Shown: one piece after another, positions 44,160 through 57,905 of the stretch | Layout of the letters: each line of letters opens with the position of its first letter | Position numbering within the stretch: position 1 is the stretch's first letter | From: Eledone cirrhosa | Taxonomy: Eukaryota | Reading direction: 5' to 3' | Assembly (NCBI GenBank): GCA_964016885.1 | Contig: OZ024752.1 | Coordinates: 40,920,001 to 40,984,000 of the forward strand | Length of the DNA stretch: 64,000 bases | Notes under the pieces: generated by a model | Database searches by the model: none | Told to the model about the DNA's origin: nothing | Seen by the model: the letters and a program-made list of their open reading frames with translations, nothing else | Made by a program: the position numbers and the translations under genes

Positions 44160-44985
44160 TAGGTAGAGCGAGATAGAGAGAGAGATAGGAAGAGAGAGAG
44201 AGTGAGATGTTAATAATTGTTTCTACTTTAGGCACAAGGCCAGCAATTAACCAGTACATTACTGAACTCAGAATGGCAAGGGCCGTAACTCTATGCGTTA
44301 AAGCATGGCGTCCGACCCTCTACCCATAATATAATAATGGTTTCTTACATAAGCACAAGGCCAGTAATTTTGGGGAAAGGGAAAGTCGATTAAATCGACA
44401 CCAGTGCGTGACTGGTACTTTATTTTATCGACCCCGTAAAGATGAAAGGCAAAGTCAACCTCGGCGGGATTTGAAATCAGATCGTAAAGGGACGTAACTA
44501 TGCTGGAAAGCATGGCGTCCGACCCTCTACCGATACTGCCAATCCAGAGGAGTGAAAGAATGTGATTAGAGAGAGGGAGAGTATATGATGTAAAAGGATT
44601 AGTGCAAGTAATGTGGAGTTGTGTTCCGTAAAATTAATTGTTTCTACTTTAGGCACAAGGCCAGCAAATTACCCAGTACATTACTGGTACTTTATTTTAT
44701 CGACCCCGTAAGGTTGAAAGGCAAAGTCAACCTCGGCGGGATTTGAAATCAGATCGTAAAGGAACACAACTATGCTGGAAAGCATGACGTCCGACCCTCT
44801 ACCGATACTGCCAATCCACCGCCCTAATATAATTGTTTCTACTTTAGGCACAAGGCCAGCAAATACTAGTACATTACTGGTACTTTATTTTATTGACGCC
44901 GGCGGGATTTGAAATCAGATCGTAAAGGGACATAACTATGCTGGAAAGCATGGCGTCCGACCCTCTACCGATACTGCCAATCCAG
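43330..44985. mobile_element. Cluster of Meta/MESC-like SINEs on both strands, with an intervening GA repeat
   Basis: Minus copy 43330-43450; plus copies 43520-43850; minus copies 44214-44546 and 44636-44985. Confidence 0.8.
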
Positions 44986-45184
44986 AGGAGTGAAAGAATG
45001 TGATTAGAGAGAGGGAGAGTATATGATGTAAAAGGATTAGTGCAAGTAATGCGGAGTTGTGTTCCTCAAATTAATAGTTATTAGCAAGTCGTATTTCGCC
45101 AGAATGAACAGTAATTTCATGCTAATTACACCGGTTATGTAGCAGTAAATAGCCATACAACTCTATATTGTACTACTTCTTCTA

Positions 45185-45215
<31 letters not shown>

Positions 45216-45269
45216 TTGTCTGTCTGTCTTTCTCTCTCTCTCTCTCTGTCTGTCTATCTCTGTGTGTGT

Positions 45270-45289
<20 letters not shown>

Positions 45290-45316
<27 letters not shown>

Positions 45317-45337
45317 TGTCTCTCTGTGTCTGTATGT

Positions 45338-45381
<44 letters not shown>

Positions 45382-45404
45382 TGTCTCTCTGTGTCTGTAT
45401 GTGG

Positions 45405-45438
<34 letters not shown>

Positions 45439-45461
45439 TGTCTCTCTGTGTCTGTATGTGG

Positions 45462-45512
<51 letters not shown>

Positions 45513-45524
45513 GTGTCTGTATGT

Positions 45525-45571
<47 letters not shown>

Positions 45572-45580
45572 CTGTATGTC
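45290..45580. repeat. TC-rich minisatellite with tgtgtctgtatgtggtc core
   Basis: Core repeated about 5 times between (TC)n runs. Confidence 0.85.
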
Positions 45581-45640
45581 TCTCTCTCGCTCTCTCGCTC
45601 TCTTTCTCTCTCTCTTTGTCTGTCTGTCTCTGTCTCTCTC

Positions 45641-45757
<117 letters not shown>

Positions 45758-46079
45758 GTATATATACATATATATATCATCCTCTGAATTGCTGACACAC
45801 ACATACATAAATAGACACACACACATACACACACACACAGACACACACACACACACACACAAATAGACACATATACACGCACACACACACCTTAGATTCA
45901 CTTACACACACACTGACGCATACACACACACGCACACACACACAAATAGGCATACACGTACGCACACACACACAAAAATAGGCATACACACACACACACA
46001 CACACAAATAGACACACATACACACACACATATACACACGCATCCTCTCTCTCTATATATATCTCTAAATATCATCCTC

Positions 46080-47440
46080 ACACATACACACTGACACACA
46101 CACAAATAAACACACACATACACACTGACACACACACAAATAAACACACATATGCACACTGACACGCACACAAATAAACACACACATACACACTGACACG
46201 CACACAAATAAACACACTGACACACACACAAATAAACACACACATACACACTGACACACACACAAATAAACACACACATACACACTGATACACACACAAA
46301 TAAACACACACATACACACTGACACGCACACAAATAAACACACACATACACACTGACACACACACAAATAAACACACACATACACACTGACACACACACA
46401 AATAAACACACACATACACACTGACACACACACAAATAAACACACACATACACACTGACACACACACAAATAAACACACATACACACTGACACACACACA
46501 AATAAACACACACATACGCACTGACACGCACACAAATAAACACACACATACACACTGATACACACACAAATAAACACACACATACACACTGACACACACA
46601 CACAAATAAACACACACATACACACTGACACACACAAATAAACACACACATACACACTGACACACACACAAATAAACACACACATACACACTGACACACA
46701 CAAATAAACACACACATACACACTGACACGCACACAAATAAACACACACATACACACTGACACGCACACAAATAAACACACACATACACACTGACACACA
46801 CACAAATAAACACACACATACACACTGACACACACACAAATAAACACACACATACACACTGACACGCACACAAATAAACACACACATACACACTGACACA
46901 CACACAAATAAACACACACATACACACTGACACACACACAAATAAACACACACATACACACTGACACACACACAAATAAACACACACATACACACTGACA
47001 CGCACACAAATAAACACACACATACACACTGACACACACACAAATAAACATACACATACACACTGACACACACACAAATAAACACACACATACACACTGA
47101 CACACACACAAATAAACATACACATACACACTGACATGCACACAAATAAACACACACATACACACTGACACACACACAAATAAACATACACATACACACT
47201 GACACACACACAAATAAACACACACATACGCACTGACACGCACACAAATAAACACACACATACACACTGATACACACACAAATAAACACACACATACACA
47301 CTGACACACACACACATACACACTGACACGCACACAAATAAACACACACATACACACTGACACGCACACAAATAAACACACACATACACACTGACAGACT
47401 AACACACACACAAATAAACACACACATACACACTGACAAC
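46080..47440. repeat. ~34-bp minisatellite (about 40 units)
   Basis: Unit cacacatacacactgacacacacacaaataaaca. Confidence 0.95.
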
Positions 47441-47745
47441 CACACACATCCACCCACACACGCACAAACACTACGTCGTACTCACTCTCTCCTCTCTCTC
47501 TCTCCTCTCTCCTCTCTCCTCTCTCCTCTCTCTCTCTGTCACTCCCTCCCGCTCGCTCTCTCTCTACCCCCTCTCTCTCCTCTCTCCCCCTCTCTCTGTC
47601 ACTCCCTCCCGCTCGCTCTCTCTCTACCCCACCCATCTCTCTCTCTCCTACATCTAATCACACACTGCTGAATAACGTCTTTCTTCTTTACTTGATATGA
47701 AGTCTTCAACCTCTGAATTCGTGGCCGGAGGACAGCAATATATAT

Positions 47746-47783
<38 letters not shown>

Positions 47784-47907
47784 GTAGGAGGTGAGTTTTA
47801 TTGTAGTACAATAAAGCAATGCAGATATCGGATAAGAAGCACTCTACAGTTTGTGGGACTGGAGTATGCATAATATAAGATCAAAAGATGGTTAAAGGAG
47901 TTCAATA

Positions 47908-47978
47908 TATTTTATTATGCGCATTTCAAAAACAAACATCATCAAACAATAATATTTGTGTTTTCATCAGATAAAACA
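47908..47978 (-). ncRNA. Hammerhead ribozyme (left arm of palindrome)
   Basis: Reverse complement of the 48113-48183 motif. Confidence 0.8.
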
Positions 47979-48112
47979 GGAGAACATGATATGAAGGCTA
48001 AAAAAAAAACACTTGTTGATAGTGCAGTTTTAAATCAACATATCATATGATATGTTGATTTAAAACTGCACTATCAACAAGTGTTTTTTTTAGCCTTCAT
48101 ATCATGTTCTCC

Positions 48113-48183
48113 TGTTTTATCTGATGAAAACACAAATATTATTGTTTGATGATGTTTGTTTTTGAAATGCGCATAATAAAATA
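48113..48183 (+). ncRNA. Minimal type-I hammerhead ribozyme
   Basis: tgttttat CTGATGA aaacacaaatatt...gatgtttgttttt GAAA tgcgca TA ataaaata. Confidence 0.8.
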
Positions 48184-48213
48184 TATTGAACTCCTTTAAC
48201 CATCTTTTGATCT

Positions 48214-48295
<82 letters not shown>

Positions 48296-48795
48296 ATGCT
48301 TTGGGAGGGTCATGTTGCCAATAAGAAACACACGCACCAGTTGCATTCACTTCAATTTATTATAATAAATTTATAAATTTAGGAATTTATAAATTTCCGG
48401 TTGGTTGGTTGGTTGGTTGGTTCTACAACCAGATGATTGTTTATATACTGTCAAAGTTCTCTCGTCACACATTTTGAGACCTCTTCAGTGACTGGGGATT
48501 CTTTTCTTTGTTTTTGTGCCTCTCCTTTGTTCTGTCCTACGTCATCTTATTTGTGTGTGTAGGACAGAACAAAGGAGAGAACAAAGGACGGAACATACTC
48601 TGCTCTGTAAGAGCATATATACACACCCACAAACATATGTATTTATTTACACATTCCTAAGTTAAATTCACAAAAACAATGACAGGTATGTTTACAAATA
48701 TTTATTTACAAATATTTATACACATACACATATAGAAATATACATGCTTACATACATACATACTTATATACATACATACATATATATATACATAC

Positions 48796-49645
48796 ATAAC
48801 AAGTGATAACAAGTGCAGATTCTGCAGAACTAACATCGAGGATATCACCCATGTCATAAGCAGCTGTCCAAAGATGTCATCGCGGTACTATCTACCTATG
48901 AGGCATGATCTAGTGGCTAAAACACTTTACAATGCAGTTCGTCAAAAAGATAGCCCCGATAATAAACACATTAAAAGCTACAGCAATGTGGAAGACATCA
49001 ATGTACATAATATGAAAGCGTACTGGTGGAATGTTCCAGTAAAAATCCCAATAAAATGCAGGCATAACAGACCAGATATTATGATATGGGACAGGGAGAA
49101 GAAAGCATGCACAGTAGTGGAAATTAGCTGCCCAGCAGATGCCAATATAATATCAAAAATTAGTGAAAAGGAGAACATTTATGCAGAACTGATGAGAAAT
49201 CTGCAGATACTCCACTCTGATTACACCTTCAGATTTATGCCTGTGATTACTGGGGCCCTGGGATATGTTAGTAACTGCCTCAATATAAATCTTGAGAAGC
49301 TAGGCTTCACAGGAACAGAAAGAACACAACTAGTTAGGAAATTACAAGTACAATCCATTAATGGAACAGTAAAAATATGTAAAACATTCCAAAAATTTTG
49401 CATATAATAACTGCATATACACTTGTACAGATACAAAGTATGTATACATGTACACATATAACTCAAAACATACACCTTCACACATACAATAACATCCATA
49501 CCTACACACACATGCATGCAGACATACATACATATCTACCTAGTTGATGTTGTGTAAATTCCAATGAGAGAGTCTTGTGCCTATGTTAGAAACCGTTTCT
49601 CTCTCCCTATTGGTAAAAATTTATAAAATTATAAAACCAGAAGAA
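48796..49645 (+). mobile_element. 5'-truncated R4/Dong-like RLE non-LTR retrotransposon inside (CATA)n; open frame 48805-49407
   Basis: CRFCRTNIEDITHVISSC (CCHC knuckle), RHD, RPDIMIWD...VVEISCP, EKENIY and PVITGALG form a PD-(D/E)xK RLE domain. The 3' UTR runs into (CATA)n; 10-bp ataacaagtg duplication at the 5' junction. Confidence 0.9.
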
Positions 49646-50120
49646 CATACATACATACATACATACATACATAAATACATACATACATGCATACATACAT
49701 GCATACATACATACATACATACATACATACATACATACATACATGCATACATGCATACAATACATACAATACAATACATATATACATTTACACAAACTAC
49801 AATATTAGTTGTGATCGTTAGCTGCAGAAAATATCATGAAATACGTAGTAATAATATTAGAAAATAATGTACAAGAGAGGAAGATGTCTAATGAAGTATA
49901 ATTTAAGGCCTTTGATGACTAATTTGTGTTCGAGAACTAATTAGCAGTGTTGACTGGATGGGTTGGTTAATACGAAAGTACGGCTAATGAAAAGAATAGG
50001 TCAATCCACGTTGATTTAGAGGAGGTAAAAAAATTGGCAAACATTTCTCACAAATAAATGAGATTATAATGATAATGATGGTGACGATGATGATGATGAT
50101 GACGACGACGATGATGATGG

Positions 50121-50163
<43 letters not shown>

Positions 50164-50174
50164 AATGATGATGG

Positions 50175-50211
<37 letters not shown>

Positions 50212-50473
50212 AATTGTTTCTACGTTAGGCACAAGGTCAGTAATTTGGAGAGGAAGAGAAAGTCAATTAAATCGACTCCGGTATGTTACTGGTGCTTTTT
50301 TTTATCGACTCCGTATGGATGAAAGTTAACCTCGGCCGGATTGTTATATATGCATATGAAGGACTAGCGTCTGAAACGTTAAGACCATCTTCCTGCTATT
50401 TCAAGCGTTAATCTATCTAATATATTCCTTCCATATACTGTACCGATTGTGTTGTTATTTCTGTTTACCTTTT

Positions 50474-50606
<133 letters not shown>

Positions 50607-51231
50607 CATATATATGTATGTATGTATATATATATAAATATATATATATATAATATAATAAATATATATACACACACAAACACACACAAACACACACACA
50701 CACACACACAAAAATATATATATGTGTGTGTGTGTGTAGATTGATAGGATTATACTTAGATGATGAAGTCCTGTTGATAGTTTTGACACTAGATAATAAT
50801 TACTTTTATATAACTTCCTAACACTTATCTTGTCTCTTCGGCTTTTCCCTCCATGTTTTTCTTTCTCTGTTATTTTCCTTACGCAGTTATTCCTCTTCTT
50901 TACGTTTACACTTTTCAATATGGAGTCTTTTTTATTAAATCTACTTCTCTATTATCTTCTTTGACAAGTTACTTATCACTATTTGTAATGGGAATAGTAG
51001 GAATATATTTGATTAAGAGCGAAACATAGCGGTTCCCTCCCTTTGTATTTACCTTCTTCAAGCACATTGAATATATTTTATATATCTTTGCCATGTCATT
51101 TTCTATTTGCTATGAAGGTTCAAGTACAATTCAACAGAAAATATATTTACACGAATTATATTTTTCTCTATATCAAAGTTGGGAGAGGGGGGTGGAGGCC
51201 AGAAGTCTTGTGTGCAATAATAATAATAATA

Positions 51232-51428
51232 CTTTCTTTATTAACCACAAGGGTTTACATAAAGTAGACATTAAGGACAGTACAGGACAATACAGGACGG
51301 TACAAATGGGCATTTCTGCGTGTAAAAAAACAAAAAGAGAGGATGTAATAAAAATAACAATGAAAAATTCCCCAATAGGGGGCAGACTTCGGAGGGACAT
51401 TTGTGGAGAAAGCCCATTAAAAGGCCAC
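51232..51428 (-). mobile_element. Diverged Tx1-like LINE 3' UTR
   Basis: tttctttattaaccacaaggg...aattccccaatagggggc shared with the 12140 and 28324 copies. Confidence 0.5.
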
Positions 51429-51429
51429 A

Positions 51430-51664
51430 GTTCTACTTTTGGCATAATGCCAGTAATTACCCAGTACATTACTGGTACTTCATTTTATCGACCCCGTAAG
51501 GATGAAAGGCAAAGTTAACCTCGGCGGGATTTGAACTCAGACCGTAAAGGGACGTAACGATGCTAGAAAGCATGGCGTCTGACACTCTACTAATAATATT
51601 AATAATAATGATGATAATAAATTCTACTATGGGCACGAGGCCAGTAATTCATTTTTTTTTTTTT

Positions 51665-51707
<43 letters not shown>

Positions 51708-52740
51708 AAGAGAGAGAGAGAGAGCAACTGTTATATTATTTCTCTAAAGTTGAGGGTGGTTGATTGGCAGTATCGATAGAGGGTTGGACGCCACGCTTAG
51801 CAGCATAGGGTCACGGCCCTTTATGATCTGAGTTCAAATCCCGCCGAGGTTAACTTTGCTTTTCATCCTTACGGGGTTGATAAAATAAAGTACCAGTCAC
51901 GCACTGGGGTCGATTTAATCGACTTTCCCCTCTCCCAAAATTGCTGGCCTTGTGCCTATATAAGAAACCATTATTTCTCATCGGTAGAGGGTCGGACGCC
52001 ATGCTTTGACGCATAGATTTACGGCCCTTGCCATTCTGAGTTCAAATCCCGCCGAGGTTAACTTTGCCTTTCATCCTTACGGGGGTCGATAAAATAAAGT
52101 ACCAGTAATGCACTGGGGTAATTGCTGGCCTTGTGCCTACATAAGAAACCATTATTTCTCTAAAGTTGTTCACACATCATTCTGGTTCCATGTTGCCACA
52201 TTATTGAACCATGTATTGAAGCATAGAGTTACCTCCCTGTATGTATGATCTGAGTTCAAATCCCGCTGAGGTTAACTTTGCCTTTCATCCTTCCGGGGTC
52301 GATAGAATAAAGTACCAGTAATACACTGGGTAATTGCTGGCCTTGTGCCTAAAGTAGAAACAATTATTACTTTGCCTTTCATCCTTACGGGGTCGATAAA
52401 ATAAAGTACCAGTAATGCACTGGGTAATTGCTGGCCTTGTGCCTAAAGTAGAAACAATTATTACTTTGCCTTTCATCCTTACGGGGTCGATAGAATAAAG
52501 TACCAGTAATGCACTGGGTAATTGCTGGCCTTGTGCCTAAAGTAGAAACAATTATTACTTTGCCTTTCATCCTTACGGGGTCGATAGAATAAAGTACCAG
52601 TAATACACTGGGTAATTGCTGGCCTTGTGCCTAAAGTAGAAACAATTATTACTTTGCCTTTCATCCTTACGGGGTCGATAGAATAAAGTACCAGTAATAC
52701 ACTGGGGTAATTGCTGGCCTTGTGCCAAAAGCAGGAACAA
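51430..52740. mobile_element. Meta/MESC-like SINE cluster including five ~94-bp tandem copies of the SINE 3' half (52275-52740)
   Basis: Repeated actttgcctttcatccttacggggtcgatagaataaagtaccagt...gtagaaacaattatt. Confidence 0.8.
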
Positions 52741-53133
52741 TTATTGAACCGTGTATTATTGAACCGTGTATTATTGAACCGTGTATTATTGAACCGTGTA
52801 TTACCAGATCACCCTCTCACCATGTTTACAATAGCTTAACATCGCAGTTCCTTCTACAACGTTGTTACTTTCGACAATATCATTGTTTGCCAGTAAAATT
52901 ATCTACATGTGTATATCACGTATGGATATCACACGGATGGATATCACACTGCCACACTCACACACACATACAGACACATACACACACATACAGCCACACG
53001 CATAGACACATACAGACTCACAGACAAAACTCACACGTTCAAAAACACACATACATGCACACACGCAGACACAGTCGCATACTGACTCAGACGCAGACTC
53101 TGATAAATACATACATGCACACTTATGTGTGTA

Positions 53134-53255
<122 letters not shown>

Positions 53256-53388
53256 ATATATATATATATTTACATACATATATATATATGTATATGTATA
53301 TGTATATATATATACATATATATATATATGCATACACATATATATATATATATACACACATATATATATATACATATATGTATACACA

Positions 53389-53446
<58 letters not shown>

Positions 53447-54222
53447 CCTATATACATATATATGGGTATACACATGATTTAAACTCTCATAAATATATAT
53501 ATACACACACACAGACACACACACACATATATATATATATGTGCGTGTGTCCGTGTGTGTATACACATGATTTAAAGACTCATAAAATATCACTTAATAC
53601 CATATAATGATAAATGATATATAATCATTATTATTATTATCATCAGTAGTATCAATATTAGTATCAGTATCAGTATTAGTATTAGCAGAATAAGATTACA
53701 TATTACCCGACATTTGAGCAGTTTTATTTCCTTTATCCTAGCGAATTCTCTCATTGACTTTTCTCGATCTACAATTTCATGACGCCATCTTTACAAGAGA
53801 CAGAGAATAATTTACTTCTATACAACAATCGTCTGCTGTAGTCAAATGTCTTGATGTTTTCACCATCACATCCGCTCTATTGTAGATTTGCATATTTTCC
53901 GGAACAATCCGATTTACTGCGGAGCGATCATTCAATGCAGCCGATACAAAATCTTTAAATGGTTCATTCGTCTAAAATAGGTACACCGATAACAAGCAAT
54001 AATAAGATAATTACTTCGTTTCATTTCACATTCATGATATGGTTTTCTTCCTTTTTTTTTTTTTTTTTTCCATTGCTGTTTTCTTTCCTTTATTGGTTTG
54101 CTTGTATCGTTGTTTATTCTTTGCTCTAGTAATATAGTTAGCCTGTGAATAATTTAATGGAAGAAAGACGAAATGATATGATAAATGGAATACCGAACAA
54201 TAAAGTATGAGAGAAAGAGAAG

Positions 54223-54295
<73 letters not shown>

Positions 54296-54556
54296 TGTGT
54301 GAGATAGATAGGGAGATAGATAGATAGGTAGATAGATAGATAGGTTTATATATATAGTTATACTTGGGGAGGGTCATATTTGTGTAATATTGCCAGAATT
54401 AATAACAGAACACACTCACTGTTTGGTTGGTTTTCGCTTTTCGCTTCTGTGTCTTTTATATCTGCGATCTAACTTACTCGGTCCTCAATGTTGCCATTGA
54501 CTGACTAACGGTCAAAAATACAGATACAATATAGACACAAACACATATATATAGTT

Positions 54557-54600
54557 TATCAAAGTTCTTTCGTTGCACATCTGCAACATCATCAGTGGTG
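54557..54600 (-). ncRNA. Hammerhead ribozyme with an extra nucleotide after A9
   Basis: Reverse complement: cacca CTGATGA t gttgca gatg tgcaac GAAA gaac TT tgata. Stem I is weak. Confidence 0.6.
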
Positions 54601-54864
54601 CTATTGTTTCCTCCCGTTACATTGTATTTTCTACGCCATCTTTATTTAGTCTGTTTATATATTTATTTATTTGTTTATTTTATTTTGTCTTCTTTGCGCA
54701 TGCGTTTGCGTGTGTGTATAGTGTTTTGTTTGATGTGTGTTCGTGATTGGGTGGCTGTGTATTGGTTAATGTATTCTATCTTTACTAGAGTGTAATTATA
54801 TGTGTTTGTTGATATTGTGCTTGTGTATGTATTTATCTATTTATTTATCTATCTATTTATTTAT

Positions 54865-55047
54865 TTATACTTCTCTTAGGTCAGTGTTGTTTGTTTGGGT
54901 GTTGTTGTTATTCCATTCAATTTTTCTGTTTAGCCTTGGCCTTCTAAGTTCTATTTCGCTGGCCTCTCTGATTTGCCTATCTGCTGGGTCATTTCTATGT
55001 TTAGATATTATTCTAATTTCTATGTTATCTATGTTACAGTCGCAGCA
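54865..55047 (-). pseudogene. GIY-YIG endonuclease C-terminal remnant (Penelope-like element ORF end)
   Basis: Hand translation CCDCNIDNIEIRIISKHRNDPADRQIREASEIELRRPRLNRKIEW...REV*. Has the R..REA..I....P.LNR motif of PLE GIY-YIG domains; not in the ORF track because it has no start codon. Confidence 0.75.
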
Positions 55048-55357
55048 TTGAGGACCGAATAAATTATATTACCGATATAAAAGACACAGAAGCCAAAAGC
55101 GAAAACCAACCAAACAGTGAGTGTGTTCTGTTATTAATTCTGGCAATATTACACAAATATGACCCTTTCCAAGTATAACAATATTTGTTTCGACACACGA
55201 TTTCATATCAAAAACCTTGCAAAACTATATATATATATATATTTCGTTTCTGAATTTGTTTAGCAAGATTCTTTATCTGAAAACGTGTGTTGAAACCGAT
55301 ATATGAAAGATGGCGTAGGACAGAACAAAGGAGAGGCACAAAAACAAAGAATCCCCA

Positions 55358-55400
55358 GTCACTGAAGAGGTCACAGAATGTGTAACGAAAGAACTTTGAC
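55358..55400 (+). ncRNA. Hammerhead ribozyme (same family as 2297 and 48450)
   Basis: gtca CTGAAGA ggtcacagaatgtgtaac GAAA gaac TT tgac. Confidence 0.55.
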
Positions 55401-55676
55401 AATATATATATAAACAATCATCTGGTTGTGGAACCAACCAACCAACCGGAAATTTATAAATTCCAAAATTTATAAATTTATTATATTAAATTGAAGTGAA
55501 AGCAACTGGTGCGTGTGTTTCTTATTGGCAACATGACCCTCCCAAAGTATAACAATATATATATATATGAGAAAGTTTGACCCCGACGGCAGAGCTCCTA
55601 TTACCCACTCTACTACCCTAAGTATTGAGTACTCTGGTGCGTTATTGTCCATCTGGTTCCTTACACAACTCCTTCG

Positions 55677-55822
<146 letters not shown>

Positions 55823-55841
55823 TAGAAAGGTATATATATAT

Positions 55842-55883
<42 letters not shown>

Positions 55884-56010
55884 AAATTTATATTTAAATT
55901 GTTGGGTTACAACTAGTAAATATTTATAACTGATATAAAAGCACTCAACAAGTATTTGGAGTATATTTACGATATTAAATAAATGGAAACTATATTTATA
56001 AAACCATATT

Positions 56011-56076
56011 TATTTCATTATATATATTTCAGGGATATCATATTAACAATATGTTATGCCTTCCTCAGACAAAATA
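56011..56076 (-). ncRNA. Hammerhead ribozyme (left arm)
   Basis: Reverse complement of 56230-56295. Confidence 0.75.
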
Positions 56077-56229
56077 CAATATAGACAGTTTTATAGATAA
56101 ATAGATTTGACATACCGTTCAACATCGACTTGTATTTGAAAAAGTTGATTTGCCAAATCAACTTTTTCAAATACAAGTCGATGTTGAACGGTATGTCAAA
56201 TCTATTTATCTATAAAACTGTCTATATTG

Positions 56230-56295
56230 TATTTTGTCTGAGGAAGGCATAACATATTGTTAATATGATATCCCTGAAATATATATAATGAAATA
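56230..56295 (+). ncRNA. Minimal type-I hammerhead ribozyme
   Basis: tattttgt CTGAGGA aggcataacatattgttaatatgatatccct GAAA tatata TA atgaaata. Confidence 0.75.
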
Positions 56296-56634
56296 AATAT
56301 GGTTTTATAAATATAGTTTCCATTTATTTAATATCGTATATAGATATATGTATATATATATATACATATATAAAATATCCTTGTGGTCTTTGTTGTGGTC
56401 CTTTTTATTCTGTGTATAATTCCTGCCAAGGTCAACTGTGCCTTTCATCGTTTTGGGTTTTCACTATTGAAGTTCAGTCAATGAGATTTTCTCGTCTTGA
56501 ATCTAAATTAGACAATAACAACAACAACAACAACAACAAAACAACAACAACAATAACAACAACAATAACAACAACAATAACAACAACAATAACAACAACA
56601 ATACCAATAATGATAACAATAATAATAACAAGAA

Positions 56635-57165
56635 TGGTTTCCGATTTAGGCTCAAGGCCAGTAATTTGGGAGGCAGGGACAGTCGATTAAATCGACCTCA
56701 GTACGTTACTGGTACTTTATTTTATCGACCCTGCAAGGATCGACCTTGCCTGTAAGGATGAAAGGCAAAGTTAACCTCAGCAGGATTTGAACTCAGAACG
56801 TAAAGGGCCGTAACTCTATACTGCAAAGCATGGCATCCGACCCTCTACCAATACTGCCAAACAACAATAATAATTGTTTCTAATTTTGGCACAAGGCCAA
56901 CAATTATCCCAGTACATTACTGGTACTTTATTTTATCGACCCCCGTAAGGATGAAAGGCAAAGTTAACCTCGGCGGCAATAATAATAATAGCTGTTTCTA
57001 CTTTTGGCAATTATCCCAGTGTATTACTGGTACTTTATTTTATCGACCCCGTAAGGATGAAAGACAAATCTAACCTCGGCGAAATTTGAACTCAGATCAT
57101 AAAGGGCCGTAACTCTATGCTGCACGGCATGGCGTCCGACACTCTACCAATACTGCCAATCCATC
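56635..57165 (-). mobile_element. Three Meta/MESC-like SINE copies or fragments
   Basis: Repeated actggtactttattttatcgacccc...ttaacctcggcg. Confidence 0.75.
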
Positions 57166-57429
57166 CCCATGTGTGTAGTTGAAGAATGAATGTAAATGAG
57201 TGTAAATTATGTTGGAAGGAGGCTGTCGATACAGGGTCTGTAGAAATGTGTATAACAGAGTGGGGGATATTACTAGAGTGAATTAGAATCTTAATAAAAT
57301 GTCTCTGTAAACAAGAAGGAGAGCTCTTCAACGCTTGAGAGAGCTGGGAAAACAAGAAAATATATAACAAGAGTAAACGAAAAATAAAAAAAGAGGGGGC
57401 TCTTCGCTAACATGAGACGCAGCTACCAT

Positions 57430-57854
57430 GACAACGACAACGACAACGACAATAAGAAGGAGAAGGAGAAGAAGAAGAAGAAAAAGAAGAAGAAGAAGAA
57501 GAAGAAGAAGAAGAAGAAGAAGAAGAAGAAGAAGAAGAAGAAGAAGAAGAAGAAGAAGAAGAAGAAGAAAAAAATGGAAGCTAAGATGGAGACCAATGAT
57601 ATTGGGTGTGGTGGTGGTGGTGGTGGTGGTGGTGGTGGTGGTGGTTGAAGTGGTCCTGGTGATAATAATGATGGTGGTGGTGGTGGTGACGATGATGGTG
57701 GCGGTGGTGGTGACGGTGGTGGTGGTGGTGTTGGTGGTGGTGGTGGTGATAACGATGGTGTTGGTGGTGGGAATGGATGGGGGTGGCGGTGGCGGTGGTG
57801 GTGGTGGTGGTGATGGTGGTTGGGACACTGGTGGCGGTAGTAGTAGTAGTAGTC

Positions 57855-57905
<51 letters not shown>
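57430..57905. repeat. Adjacent (AAG)n, (GGT)n and (AGT)n microsatellites
   Basis: Direct reading. Confidence 0.95.

Larger units (their letters stand above)
47780..48220. mobile_element. PLE-like fold-back insertion: ~175-bp palindrome arms, no spacer, plus extension
   Basis: Arms 47871-48046 and 48047-48220, centre aacatatcat|atgatatgtt. Same family as 5130-5397, 29490-29640 and 40270-40340. Confidence 0.8.
54357..55225 (-). mobile_element. 5'-truncated Penelope-like element: GIY-YIG C-terminus, 3' UTR, HHR and pLTR, with an inverted pLTR copy
   Basis: 54357-54494 is inverted at ~55043-55180; coding remnant 54865-55047; HHR 54557-54600. Confidence 0.75.
55968..56338. mobile_element. PLE-like perfect palindrome with 185-bp arms and a 1-nt spacer
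   Basis: Arms 55968-56152 and 56154-56338; the left arm matches 2667-2840. Confidence 0.85.
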
